In this document: piece after piece, positions 1 to 12,900 of the stretch
How the letters are laid out: each line of letters starts with the position of its first letter
Position numbering within the stretch: position 1 is the stretch's first letter
NCBI RefSeq assembly: GCF_963676685.1
Contig: NC_092353.1
Location: forward strand, 67,952,001 to 68,016,000
Direction: 5' to 3'
DNA from: Mytilus edulis
Lineage: Eukaryota
DNA length: 64,000 nt
Position numbers and translations under genes: made by a program
Notes under the pieces: model-generated
Database searches by the model: none
What the model was told of the DNA's origin: nothing
Seen by the model: only the letters and a program-made list of their open reading frames with translations

Positions 1-740
1 TGTGTAAAAACAGGAAACTATGTTAGATATACTGATCCCAAATCCTGTATACCGGTTGGTTGCCTTTTGGTGGGTTTTTTTTGCTCATCGGTCGAGTTGT
101 CTCTTTGACACAGTCCCTGTTTCAATCCTCAATTTTAAGAAATTTGTACGTATACTGATAGATTAATAATATCAAAAACGTTTGTGAAGGTTAATTTTTA
201 TTGCTTAATTATGATTTGCATGACATACATTAGATAAATAACACTGGTAAAAACTACATGAACATGACAACGCAAAAGTTCTTGAAAATAGACACCGAAA
301 CACAGGTACATGTAATACCCTCCACCCCACTCCCAAAAAAAATGAATTAAAAGAAATAAAAAAGAAATAAAAAAATAAAATAAAATAAATATACAGGAAA
401 ATGAAATGAAAAAACAAATATCTTGTATCTTTTGTCCATTAAATACCCCTTTCCTACCTCTGCAAATATAGGACCCCAGAATTTTGTATGAAATTTCTGT
501 TTCCATATGTTTCTTATTCTGACCTTTATTTCGTAATTTTGTTTTATTTGTCCAAAAAGTTTGGCCAGACTACACCTGCACTGAGTTCTGCGATCGATTT
601 TAATGCACTGGTATAACATACTGTTTGTACAAGTTCATTTTTCCAAATTTTAAACCAAATCATGTTCCAAACCGTCCTTTGCTGTCTAAATTATGATTAG
701 TGTAAATGTTTAACTACACGGTTGTGCATGCATTTGACTC

Positions 741-765
741 TGTGTGTGTGTGTGTGTATGTGTGT
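741..765. repeat. (TG)n microsatellite
   Basis: tgtgtgtgtgtgtgtgtatgtgtgt. Confidence 0.9.
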
Positions 766-890
766 TCGGATATCTGTTAAAGATATTGAAAATAAAAATA
801 GTAGTAATCACTCGTCAAATACAATTAACATTTCTAATAAATGTTCAATTAATCATGACTTATACATGTATCGATAGTATACGAAATTGT

Positions 891-904
891 AGTTTCAGTT
901 TCAT
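891..904 (+). promoter_or_regulatory. ISRE/IRF-binding element candidate
   Basis: AGTTTCAGTTTCAT matches the ISRE consensus AGTTTCNNTTTCNY; about 100 nt upstream of a good donor site AAG|GTATGT (1005/1006) that may end a first exon. Confidence 0.55.
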
Positions 905-3518
905 TTTTGCATTAGAAGTAGGACAAAGTCTACATCGAAAGCGCATGACAGGTATGAAATGCACCTTTTGGAAATGATAAACAAACTTGTTATTGATCAT
1001 GAAAGGTATGTTTATTTTTTCTTTCTACCCATGCATATGCATTACCATGTGAAATAAGTTATTATTGTTGTTAACCATACAACTGTTGAATTTCATTTTA
1101 ATAAGTGTTATGCAGGACAATTTCTGCTTTTTATACCTATTTTTTCAGGATGTGCATTAGATACCTTTGTCGCGATTTAAATTGTATTGTTTTAGAATAC
1201 AGAACTTCTGAACTCACTTTCTAATTTTGTCGGCTAACATTATGTTCTTAAATTTTTTTTCGACATTTAAATTAATTCTGAACCAAATCAACCTTCAAAC
1301 AATATCTATGGGAACAGAAGTCAATGAAGATTTATAGGTATATATCATGAAGGATTGATGCATGAACAATTCTTTTGGCATTTGTGCAAAGTATATAACC
1401 CCGATATTTCAAACACAATAAACTAATTTCATACATGGTTAATTTTAAACTATATGCATAATTGATAACTATTTATATTAAATAATTTATGTATATATCA
1501 TTGAGGCGTTCGTGAATTACTTTCTGCAATGTTCGAGTATGGCAATTGATGCAGATTAAGGCGAACGACTCTTTAGAGTACTTTAGTTAGATTATGTTTC
1601 ATTTATATCACAAAAATATATCCACCCGACGATTAAATCATGACATTTTGTATAGTACATGTATATCTATATATGGACCAAAGGACTGATATCTATTTTC
1701 ACTATCAGTTTTCAGTAAAACTGTTTGAAGTAAAAGGAAAATGATATATGATTTAACAAAGTACACGTTTATTATTATTGTGATTTGATATATTATCTCA
1801 ACCTTATGGTTTTGTGTATTTTTCTGTTAAAAAAATACATAAAGGTGTGACGTATAATTTTTTCATAGATTTATAGCACTCGTTTTGTTTTGTGTAATTA
1901 AGATACACGTGGACCTAAGGAAAAAAATTCCTTCAAATCAATCTAGGTTCAAACGAGCTGTTTAACAATGTACTAACAGGACCGATATTAAGCATGTTGG
2001 CTACGGACGTTGAGAGCAACGATATTTGCAATGCAGCATACTATATATACATATTTCATTTATACCTACCTATATATGAGAAACGGGGATATTATTAGAA
2101 GCTGAGTTTATGATATATTAATCTTGTTTATAACAACGTCGAATATATTTGTTAAAACTATAAAATTCTACTGTCTTCCCTTTTTATGAATATTTAAAGT
2201 CGATCTGTGACATTGATAGGATTTTTCTCAATCATTTAGTTGTCCGAATTCAAGTTTGCAACACATAGCCACTTTATTTTCATAAACTTCCGAAATATTG
2301 ACTTTTTTAAAAATGCATAGGGAAATCAATACGAATATTACTTAAAAGGAAAATCAATACTGTTATCTAACATGTCTAAGGTTTAATGAATACAAATTTC
2401 GATTCTATGAAGGTTTCACACAAAGGTTTTTAAACGTAATATTAGATAAATATATTTTTTAAATTGCTTTATCATTTTCTGTTGTATACTATATATAGTA
2501 CTTTATTAGAAGATCAAATGGGTGATCCGAGTTTGATAATATCATCGGTGTCAACTTAGACCCAGGGAAGCGGGAGTAATATGACGTTTGCTTTAACGTA
2601 CTAAGTAACAAAGAATTGTATACAGTCAAGGTAAAATTAGAGGATGGATAATGTTCCGATTCTAACAATATATGTTACCAACTATTTAATAAAACAGTAA
2701 ATACATATCTGTTACAATGCCTCTAATGTTTATCAGGTAGAACTTATATCAGCCTTTTAAAATGAGATAATAAAATCAAATAAAAATATGTTAGATAATA
2801 TGTCACTGATGATGTTTCGTACGTCACTTTTCACCGAGTATGTGACATGGATCTACTGTGAAAATTTTAAGATCGAGATAGTCAATGAAATTGTTGCATA
2901 AAAACGAATGTCAGAACACAGATGTATTGACAAAATTCCATTTGAAAATCTATCAAATGTTGGTGTACTCAACGGGTCAATATATTCAAATTTTTGAAGC
3001 GATGTTTATATATCTAATAAAATAAAGGAAATTTACCATTAAGGTTACTGAGAAATACAAATCTGAATAAAGCTGACAGTGAAATGGATACTGGCCAATG
3101 TTCCATTTTAAGCCAGAAAAAATATATATTTATCTTTATTGTCATGCCCTAAACATAAAAAAGAGATAGCCAAAGGCGATATCATGTAAAAATTGATAAA
3201 AAGAAAAAGGTATGATGATCGAAGACTATCCAAGACAGTACGAACCAGATTAGGGTAAATATAAGCTGTTTCCAATTTAAGATTGAAGATATGAAATGAT
3301 GGAAATATCCACACCATGGTGACTAGGAATACGCACTTTAAAAACATGCATGAACTAAGCATGTAAATGTAAAAAGAATTCTGACGTTCATTGTGGCAGC
3401 AAGTGTCACCCTGGTTGAGAGTACCACATGGGGATTAAGATAGACAATGAAGATAAATATATAACTTCAATTGATGAATATTCACTTTTTCACTTTATCC
3501 AACTTATTGCAATACTAG

Positions 3519-3590
3519 ACCGTACGAGTATACGCATACGACCAATACCGTACGCGTACGGTCCAAATGTTCTTATGGTCTGGAACAGTA
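3519..3590. repeat. CpG-rich palindromic MITE-like remnant
   Basis: Perfect 16-bp palindrome ACCGTACGCGTACGGT (3547-3562) among CGTACG repeats. Confidence 0.5.
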
Positions 3591-3690
3591 CCACCATTAA
3601 TCAATCGATAAATCAAATAAGATTGATACCAACAAGTATCGATAGTGTATTTTAAGTTTTAGATACCAATGATGCTTTCAAGTGAAAAAG

Positions 3691-3967
3691 ATGAAATGTA
3701 GAAATATAGTAAACGGCAAAGAATGTGGAGTAGATTTATCACCTAATGCGAACTGTTGTGTGGAATGTGGAGAAGATGTGCGGACCATAGAATGCCCGAA
3801 GTGTTCTACAACTGTAAAAGAAACACAGAAATTTTGCCTCAATTGTAAATGGAAAGTAGAAGAAAATGCATTTGTAAATAAGACGTCACCTTCAAATGTC
3901 ACACATGAAGAAGTGCCTGCGGACGAATCAGTGGGAGGGCTCCAACATGTGCCACTCGATAACGAAG
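3691..3967 (+). CDS. RNF213: RNF213-like coding exon 1: N-terminal double zinc ribbon
   Basis: ATG 3691; MKC-x7-C...CVEC...CPKC...FCLNC; donor AAG|GTAAGT, phase 1. Confidence 0.8.
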
Positions 3968-6900
3968 GTAAGTGTAAAACATTTTGCCTCATTTACCAAA
4001 AACACAGCATATTTTTTTTCTACATTTGAATTTTATCATGAACATTTATTATTCACCTTGATTCTAGAAGGGAAAACAAACAGCTTTCGTTTGTCATCGT
4101 TATTCTTCACGAAACATGTCATGTAAAATCATCGGGAAAATGTGAATGAAATCATTATGTTATTTGGTCTCCGGTGAATTTCCAAACGAAAATAAGGGTC
4201 TCAATCAAAGAAGGCAAAATTGTCAAAATATATTGTTTTCGTCTGTGTCCGTGGCTATTATAAGTTATTGCATTTGTATTTATATTTTCCATATATGTCA
4301 CTTTTTAATTTACATACAAAGACACATGGTAACAGATGAATAGTTTATAGTAAATAAAAAAAAAAACCCAAGAAACAAACATGCGCCATTACCTGTAATG
4401 CTGAAAGCAATATGGAAGCACATTACGGAAATAGTTAATAATGTGATCGACGTAGATAAATCACAATGAAACGCAATTTGCACCACACTTTTTTTAATGT
4501 ACAATTGAGGATTTAAAAGAATCAGCAGCTTAGCATTGCTTACTTCATTTTAAGTTATCAGCTATCAGGTGTTGGACAATTATCCTGTAATTATAGCTAT
4601 CTGTATCCTTTAATTTGCAGTAGACCCTGAACTTTTTGTACTCTGCACACAAGAAATCATTCTGAATATTGTTTTGATTTTGTCATTAATAACCTTTCGT
4701 TTGCATTGCATAACTTTACTTTAAGATGTAAGCGAGGCTAATAAGTTAAGAACGGAGACAGACAATGCATTTGACAAAGGCAAAGAAGATCCGATTGATG
4801 AGACTGGTGATGAATATGGCAATAGTCAAGCAGGACAAACAAACAGTTCTTCCAGTGAAGATTCATCTAGCGAAAACGAGGAAAATAGCGAAAGGACACA
4901 TGTAAAAACGAATACTTCTGCTTTAGAAAACAGAAAACCTGAAGGTATTTACTTTTGATATGATGTTGAAATTTAAAGGATTTGCAAATCCACCCCTACC
5001 CCACCCCAAAGGATGACTGGGGATTGAAATATGGTCAATATTGGTATTCTCCGATCGAAAAAAAACAACTCGCCAACGTTAGGCCTCCGTTTGGCTGTGC
5101 GGGATGTATAAGTCCGATCAGTACGTTAAATCCAATGCCTCGAGTAAAAAAGTTCCATATGCTCTTTGTCCGTTAAAAATCCACACAACTAATCTTTAAG
5201 GGGTCCATAGGTGGCCCTATCCAATATACTGTCACTTTCCCGTGTCAGTCCAAAATATCCCGACATTCATTCTGGACGGTCTCTATAAATAAAGGCAACA
5301 GTAGTATACCGCTGTTCAAACTCATAAATCCATGGACAAAAAACAAAATCGGGGTAGCAATCTAAAACTGAGGGAAGCGCATTGAATATAAGAGGAGAAC
5401 AACGACACAACACTACAGTGTAACACACACAGAAACGGACGACAGCATCAGACAAAATCCCACGAGAATAACAAATAATATCAAAACCAAATACATGAAT
5501 TTGGGATAGACAAGTACCGTGACACGTCTTATCGCAATGTCAATTTACACTCAAAAATAAGTTTTTATAACAGCTACCGATTGTATATGCATTTCCTATT
5601 TGTTTTCGGTCTGAACATACATGAAACATTTGCCACTGGACGTCCAGCAACCAACAACCAATCATTTGAAAGAGATTAATAATTAATTTGAATTTAAAGA
5701 GATAAAAATGGAATGGGATTCAATTACGACCTATTAAAAAAAAAAAAAACTTTTTTTTGGCTTTCAAATGTGCCACCATCTCAAGTTAAACAGACATGTG
5801 TCTTGATAAAATTCCATTGATACACGGCATATACGACATACATTCTGTAGGACCCCATACAATTCTTTTTTTCCTTCAAATTATAAAATGGATAATTAAT
5901 CAAATACATGAAACAACTTTGTTTTATTAACAGATTCTGACACGAATATGCAGAATGCAAAATCCAAAGAACTCAAAGAGGTAGCAGCGTCTCCAATTAA
6001 AGCAGATGCAAGTCAAGTGGTAGCACCAACAGCTACTTTGGTCAACATAGAAGGTACAGACGTACATGTTACCGGTCGTGAGAAACTAGCAAATACGAGC
6101 CATGCTAATAAACAACAAGGTAGTGAAGCAAAATCGAACGATTTACCACCCAAAGACAAACCGATTAGTACTAAGAAAACAAAGAGACAGAAGAAACAGG
6201 AGAAAAAAGAGTTACGGAAAAGAATGAAAGAACGTCATAAAGATACTGCCAGTGTAAGTATTATTAATGCTTCATGATAGTGCTGATGATCATCCTTTAA
6301 ATTCATGTAACTGATATAATATACACAAAAAATGTAACAACTTTTTACAACCTTATTGTTTTCAAACTCTTTACAAAAAATGTCAAACAAACTAATACCT
6401 CCCTTTTTGTGCTCCACACAACAAACATTTCTATCTACGCGTGTTTAACTTAATAAATACAAATAACCATTGTTTATTTAGTTTTATGATTGGCTTGGAA
6501 TCCAATGAGTGCCAACTTCATACCATACAATAGATTTACATAACAGCCGATTGCATTGGGTGTTTATGCAAAGGTAATATCTTTGGTTTTATCTTGTTTG
6601 CTAGCTCAACCCTTACGTTATTAGGGCACCGTTCGACTTTTTACAATGAGTAGAACCCATGCCGCATAGTCCGCAATAAAAGGACACGAAATGACATTTC
6701 TAGAAAAATTATTTGTTTTAAGTAGTGTTGTCAACGGTTAACCGGTTAACCGGTTAACCGTTCGAACGACCGAATACCGAATACCAAAATCGCTAACCGG
6801 TTAACCAGACTTTTTTCCAATTTTGGTAGATTTGATATAATTGTGTATTGAAATCATAAAATAGTTATGTTTTATTCAAAAAATGTCGTCGTGGTAACTA

Positions 6901-9900
6901 ATTAGACAGATCAATTGTCCAGTATATTGATTGCTATTGTTAATCCTAAAAACATAAAATTAATTAGAACTTGTCCCTCAGCTCGGGGCAGGATCTTAGA
7001 GAAACATAATTAGTAAACATGTTTTTTTAACAGTAACTTTAAATCAGTAATGCGATTAAATTTTACGATTTACTTCATTAGTTCGTTTTTGATCTAATTT
7101 TGTGTAAGAAACAGGTCGTACGGTGAATTAAAGTATTTAATTTCTGTGTCATTTTGGTCTCTTGAGGAGAGTTGTCTCATTGTCAATCACATCACATCTT
7201 TTTTTATAATTAATCATTTCAAATTGAAACACTCCACATTATTTTCGGAGACAACAACAGAAAAGGAAATCGGTTTCAGACATAGTCAATTCTACGAGAT
7301 CAAGAAGGGTTTTTTGATTTTTCAATATGAAGTTGGTACAGACGCTATTGTTGATACGGTGTATTTGATTATTAAAAGTCAAACTTCGCCAGGAATCATC
7401 AAAGACAAGCCTTATAATGCCAAAAGACAATATTCAATTCTAAAAGGGTAAATTTATGACTTGGATGAAAGCTTGTCAAATTGACACTAATACCACATCT
7501 AATATCTATGTGTAGGGACTATATTGATAAGTCTTTCAAACGCCAATTTAAACTTTACCGGTTAACCGGTTAATCGGTCGAACGATTATCCGAGTAACCG
7601 GTTAGGCAAAAGTGTACGATTTGACAACACTAGTTTTAAGCCAAAGCAGTTCGGCAGTCGTTATTCAAAATGTATTCAGGCAAATAAACAATATTCAACA
7701 ACTTCCAATCACATATTTTTGTAAACAATTGTTTTAACTTTTTTTTCAGATTGACCCAAACACGAATAGACATTTAGAAGATGAAATATACAGGTATGGA
7801 GAAACAGAAAAATGAGTTATCTTTAAACATTAATTCCACATCATTTCTTTTTTTTGGTGCATCAAATGGCAACTTTGAAGGATCAGTAGTACAAAAATAG
7901 ACAACGTTTTGACCAATAATATATTATTCTAGACGATATGTATTAGAATTAAACGAACACAATCAAATTTAGTATTTCTTGTGTTGATTAAACATAATAG
8001 GGCTTAATAAATGGATGCAATAGAAATGAAAACAATTAAATGATTTTTTATGGGTTTTCTTGATATAATAAGTTAGTTCATTAAAATGCTATGTTATCAA
8101 AATACTCACACTCATTTTTTTTATTGATTAGAAGAACAGAATTCTCAAATTCCAGTGACAAGACGGGAGAATGTGTTCAGATCTACTTCCATGCAATTCT
8201 ATCACCAACTATACTTTCAAATCACAATAAAGATATAGTGCTGGTGAAAATCAAAGGAAAATCTCAAGAATTAAAAATGAAATGCAAAAGGTACGATATT
8301 AATGTTATCTACATGAATATTATAATTCGACAGACACATAAGTTGGCTTTTAACGGTTTAGTGAAAAATAAGGTGATGTGGGTATAAATGCCAACAAGAC
8401 AACATTACGATAGCAGTTTAACTGAGAAAGATAGATTGGAAATAAAAAAGTATTTACACTCATGTTTAAACATACCACGTACTAGTACTTGCATTTATTG
8501 TTCCAATCGAAGTTGGCAATATCTTACTGAAATTTTAAGAGAAGTTGCGTTTAACAAAAAATCCGACTTTATATTTACATAGAGCGCGATTAACCTCAGG
8601 TTTTAAAAAGGGTAGATTGATAAAAAAATATATACATTAAGATCTGTCTATATACGTTGAATGAGATGTTGATTACAGTTAGCTTCATCATAGCCCAATC
8701 TAGCAATCACTAGCTTTTATTCCATCGAGATAGACCTTATAGTATGATGTACATGTACACTCATCCCAATATTTGTTAATAGTTAATTGTTGGCCTGAAT
8801 GGAATGCGGACATATAGACTTGGGTTTGAACTTTATATGTTGGAAACCTATGCCATTATAGCATGTTTCGTAATGAATTTTCCGATTTAATTACAGAGTC
8901 ATAGGTAACGGGTTTGCCGAATATGAAGGCATGTTATGCGTAGAAAAGGGACAACCTAGATCATTAGTTTATAACTATTATGTAAAAGTTGGTGGCAAAC
9001 ACGATGTAGATGAGTTTATTTACAACCAAGGACATCAAGAAGCAATAACCAGATTTATCGATTTGAAAAAAATTGCGATGAAAGGTTAGTATATTACATT
9101 AATAAAGCATTACGTACCACAAAAGATTTCTGACTTTTCTTTAGACATGCTAGAAGTGGATTATATTGAAAATACCAATGATAAAGAACTGTTATACATT
9201 GTAGGAATTGACAAAAAATCCTGTTTAATGATCAGTGAAATAACTTTATCTCCTCCTTAAACTTGACTGAGTTAAAGAAGTACTTCGTTAGTTTAACCGC
9301 TGACGTCAGAAAAGTATTTACTATTCAAGAAAAGCAATCCAATCACACGACCGATTAAAAGGACAATCACAGTTAAACAAAAATGCGCATTGTCATTTAA
9401 AATTGAGAATGGAAACTAGTTAACTAGCTTGGATTAAATAATGTGCTCTTTGATATAGACAACGACTGATCTATTTCACGTTAAAAAATATTTTCTTTTT
9501 ATGATTTAACCTATCATTTAAACTAAGAGATGTTAGTCCTGTCAAATTCATTATTGTAGTCATATTTACTGACTTTTCTATATTTGCTATTTTTATAGTC
9601 TGAAAACAAGACGAACAAATAAATATATTTTTATACAGATATTCATCATCAGTTTGACGGAGTTGTAAGGGGAAAACCAGTCCAAGAAAAGGACAAACCA
9701 TTGTTGACAAAAGTTTTTAAACGTTTGTCTGCATGGATGGGATCTGATGCTTATTTGAAAATTCTACGAGATGATGCTGAGCTTGCTTTGAAAAATTTTC
9801 TACCCAAATGGCAAATTTCAACTGAGAGTGGAATGAATGGGATAGAGTTAATATTGCGTGTTCAAGACATCGTCAGAGGCATGAATAATATGTACTACTC

Positions 9901-12900
9901 TACAGTAAAATTATGGTCGACATGGACCGATTTTGATACTCATATTTCAAAGGTAATATTAATTAATCTCATAGAAGCATAAATAATGAGATCGCACTTG
10001 ATCTCTTGAATTCAAAAAGAAAGATTTTCATTAATCTATTAGTCTGTCTAAAATCAGTATTATCTTCAATCTTTATAATTTGGATTATATGTTAATATAA
10101 GGGATGTCAACGAGTACTGGAGTATCGCTCGGTAGTACCGAGTATCGAATACCAAAATGATACTCGACTAATCAGTCCTCTGTTAGAATGGTGTTACTTT
10201 CGTTAGCTTAAACGACAAATATTTTTATTGCGTGCACCTCCCGGAAAATTAGATATCAAAATAAATGAAAGTTAGAAGACGATACGAATGCTTGCGTTTA
10301 ACTGTCATATAAAATTCTTCCAAACAAAGGTAGGCTATGAAGACTGTGAATAAAAACACTTTTCCCAATTTTACACTTTTATTAGCAAATCAATCTCAGT
10401 CATTTCCCCATCCTGTACCGTCAGTGCATATATTTTCATCAGCAGGACTTATTTACCTCACAAAATTGAGAAATCACCTCGTCCCAGAAAAATTGAATAG
10501 GAATGATTTCGATGCACCCCGTGTTGACCCTCAGATAATGATTACAGTCATGAGTAATCTCTTATTATCAGCTCTTTGTTAATTATTAAATGTGTTTTTA
10601 TACGGTTTCCAAATACTGCTTGGAATCGTGGTTGAATAAACGGAGCAATTTCTAAAGTTAAAAAATATCCTAGTTTCTCTTATTTATTAATAATGTAAAA
10701 AAATATAATAAACCATAACATTTATTAGAATAAAAATAGTATAAGTAATAACAGTAATTATAACAACTAAGAAGGTGCATACATTCGTGTAACTTAATTG
10801 TTACTTTTATTATTAGTCCCTTTTATTTGTCTCAAACAAATAAGCTTTCACACATTGAAGCTCTAATCGCTTCTAATTGTAGAGAAATATTGAATTATAC
10901 TTATGGCATCTTCTTGTTCTGAGCAAATTCGCGTTATAATTTTTTTTTATTTAATGTATGAAAATAGAGGGTATGTAAGTATAAAACTTATCAATAGAAA
11001 ATGATATTTTAGATACTGAAGCCGTACATAGAATTATGCATTTCTGATTTGGCAAAACACAGAGGGCATGGTAGAAATCTTGAATCTATTGTCATCGACA
11101 TATCAACAGCAGCTACAGTTGTTTATTTAAAGGAGGAGTACGCTGTAAAACTAGATGATTCTTCTCTGTCAAAACTCTGTGCTTCTATGCTACCTTATAT
11201 TCCTAACAAAAAGATTTGCTGTCTTGTTTTTAAGGAGATAACAAACATTTTTTCTGGGAGAAAAAAGTAAGTTTTAGTACTATTACAAATTGAGAATAAT
11301 GTTTATTTTATTAACTAGAGCAGGCATTCTCTTTGTTTTCATGGAATAACTTTGAAAATGTCATGTCACCGAGTTTGACTAATATATAACAATGCCCCGC
11401 TATTTCTAATTGTATAACACTAGACAGCTACTTATGATATGCCGGACTTGAAACTGAGACATGAACAGTTGACTAGGCTATGCTAACCAATTGAACCTTC
11501 GGCTTTCCATCCAGATCAATATGTTACAACGAAATGCGATATAAAATCATTCAATTAAAAACGTCTTTTTTCTAAATCATAAACAAACAAAGTGATAAAA
11601 ACCAACAGATAGGAAAATTTTCAATTATGTTCAGCAAAAATAAGATATTGAGCAGGCTAATGAAGTAAGAAAGACATTTATTTTATAAAATTTTGTTTGG
11701 TCAATAGTATTACCATTATATAATTACCATGCAATTTCTATGAAAACCATTGGACTAATCAAACAATAAAACTAAAGGCCTAATTCATACAATAAAATTA
11801 ATGAAAAGCGAAATGAAGTACATAAACGAACGAGAACAACTAAGTTATATGTATCTGACTAGAAACAGTCAAATAAAGAATGTGTCGGGGTTTTATATGA
11901 TTTCTAGTTCTTAACCCCTCTCAATCTGGAACAGTGGTGTTACAGTACAACATAAGAACAAATTGGAAAAATCAGTTACACACTGCTTAACTCAATGGAA
12001 CATACGAAGCACAGAAAACAGCAAGTGGCATACAAACAATATACACAAACACCGATATAGTAGTACTCTGAATAGTTGAATGTTTTTTTTATCCAAAAGC
12101 ATTGTGTTTCACATTATTTAATGTTTCGATTAAGCTTCGAATGAACTGAACATATTAGATGCATAAAACCTCGTTGTTATAAAAGATGTAATTTTTTGGA
12201 GTTATTTATCAATAACCAAAGAATTTAATGTCAGGTTTTTTGCTGATATACTCATAGTTAGTTTCAAGATATTTCATGATCCAGTAGTTAAAGAAAAGAT
12301 ACATACTGAATAGATTCTGTTGTCACTTATATACTTAACATATGGTATGGTAAAGTAAGAAACATGCACGTACTTCACTAAATCAAAACTTGAAAACACA
12401 ATACGGCCAAAAAAAAAAGGAAAAAAAAGAAAAGAAAGAAAGACAAACAGAGAAACAATTCTTCTTTTTTCTTTTAGAAAAACCAGATATTTATAATCCA
12501 GATGGGTCAGTAGTTCATTTATGTGCATGAGCTCCGTGATGTAACCTTATTAAATGTATTTTCTCGTGTGTTTGATAATTTCGTATTTTAGTCACATACT
12601 ATTCAGTTGATGTAGCAAGACCTTTGCACTATATGTGAGGGTAGTTTTTATTCAGAATCACTACTTCAATTGTCATAAATGGAAGAATCATAAATTCATA
12701 CAACGTGGCTCTGTTAATTTAAGGGAAACAATACTACACTAGGCAAAACATTTTATTGTTTTTTTTTATATTTACTGAAGCCGTTTATCTTTCAGAGAGT
12801 TGTGTGAATTCATTTTAAAATTGGTGAAAGCGTTGTTGAAAGCAGGTCAAGTTTTCTATCTGTACTGTATGCCTTTGTTGCATTATCTTCAAGACAAGTA

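Noticed and set aside
198-977. Short hydrophobic ORFs at the window start
   Set aside because: Derived from A/T-rich low-complexity sequence and a TG microsatellite; no recognisable protein features.
7146-7451. 101-aa ORF inside the hAT MITE
   Set aside because: No transposase motifs; spans captured repeat fragments.
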